Shown here: positions 5,254 through 5,834 of the stretch, piece after piece
Layout: each line of letters starts with the position of its first letter
Position numbering within the stretch: position 1 is the stretch's first letter
Origin: Vitrella brassicaformis CCMP3155
Lineage: Eukaryota; Protista; Chromerida
Length of the DNA: 5,834 nt
Reading direction: 5' to 3'
Assembly (NCBI GenBank): GCA_001179505.1
Contig: CDMY01001026.1
Span: forward strand, 1 to 5,834
Translations under genes and position numbers: made by a program
Notes under the pieces: model-generated
The model's input: only the letters and a program-made list of their open reading frames with translations
Told to the model about the DNA's origin: nothing
Databases searched by the model: none

Positions 5254-5834
5254 ATGGACGCTCCCTCACCCCCCGCACCATCCCCCATGGCTGTTTCCCA
5301 CGATGACCCACCAGCTCGTCGAGCAGCATTACAACAGCGCATCCTCGGCAAGCGGATAGCAGACCTCCCGGCTGACGGGCAGCACATGGCGGGAATGGAG
5401 ACCGCCATCAAGCAGCTGGTGATGAACCTTGGAGTTTCGAGCACTTCTCCACAGTTCGATGCCCTCATCAAGGCCAGCATGGCGGGTGCAACGATCGGCT
5501 ACGATATGGCCATTCGAGCGATCGCCGACATCGTCCCCGACGCCGTGGCCGACGTCCAGGAGACGACGGCTGACTCCATGCACGTCCTCGATGACGCCGT
5601 CAGCCATCTGGGGCACAAGCACGAGCAGCTGCTCGGCGGTGTCTGCCGAGCAGTTGCTAACATGACCACGGTCGCCATCCACCACGACAGCCGCCTGGAC
5701 GCCATCGAGCGGAAGGCGGTTCAAGGGCGACTTCGCATCAAGAATGTGCTGCACCCCAACGACCCTCCCCTCCCCCCCGCCCACCTCAAGGCGCACATCT
5801 GCGGCATACTGGCCAACGCCGCCCCCTCCCTCCC
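5254..5834 (+). CDS. 5'-part of ORF, putative non-LTR retrotransposon ORF1 (coiled-coil to RRM junction); runs off window
   Basis: Open from gcaATG at 5254 for 193 codons to the window end: MDAPSPPAPSPMAVSHDD...HDSRLDAIERKAVQGRLRIKNVLHPNDPPLPPAHLKAHICGILANAAPSL. Codons are GC3-rich. LDAIERKAVQGRLRIKNV has the same spacing as the LEDLENRSRRNNLRIxGI-type motif of L1-like ORF1p and follows a helical, heptad-like stretch. Judged by eye only. Confidence 0.7.
   Translation, partial: MDAPSPPAPSPMAVSHDDPPARRAALQQRILGKRIADLPADGQHMAGMETAIKQLVMNLGVSSTSPQFDALIKASMAGATIGYDMAIRAIADIVPDAVADVQETTADSMHVLDDAVSHLGHKHEQLLGGVCRAVANMTTVAIHHDSRLDAIERKAVQGRLRIKNVLHPNDPPLPPAHLKAHICGILANAAPSL

Larger units (their letters stand above)
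4561..5834 (+). mobile_element. Probable 5' end of a LINE-like retrotransposon (repeat-containing 5' UTR plus ORF1)
   Basis: Tandem array 169 nt upstream of an ORF1-like frame. No RT, endonuclease, TSD or 3' tail is visible, and the 5' boundary is a guess. Confidence 0.45.

Noticed and set aside
4549-5306. Track ORFs 4549-5157, 4583-5140 and 4623-5306
   Set aside because: The 29-bp unit has no stop codon on +, so all three frames stay open and cycle the same peptides. These are repeat artefacts.

Overview
GC-rich eukaryotic DNA, not prokaryotic. It has spliceosomal GT-AG introns full of ACAG/GGAT/GGGA/CA microsatellites. That style suggests a chromerid alveolate such as Vitrella, which is an inference from composition only. 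Positions 1-3231 form a nested inverted structure. A near-perfect inverted repeat of at least 149 bp (1-149 / 3083-3231, cut by the left window edge) carries an intron 3' end plus a 5'-leader exon. It feeds two unrelated, convergent ORFs: a stop-interrupted + strand gene (155-1443) and an open - strand gene (3071-1623). The - strand gene holds a perfect 116-bp inverted repeat that looks like a template-switch insertion; removing it restores a different, acidic C-terminus. 3217-3601 holds further introns, one with splice signals on both strands. About 3760-4560 is non-coding with hairpins and a recurring TTTCAC motif. 4621-5084 is a 16 x 29-bp tandem array with one micro-inverted unit. An ORF missing from the supplied track (5254 to window end) resembles LINE ORF1p, so the right end is probably the 5' end of a non-LTR retrotransposon. 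No protein could be assigned a gene symbol.
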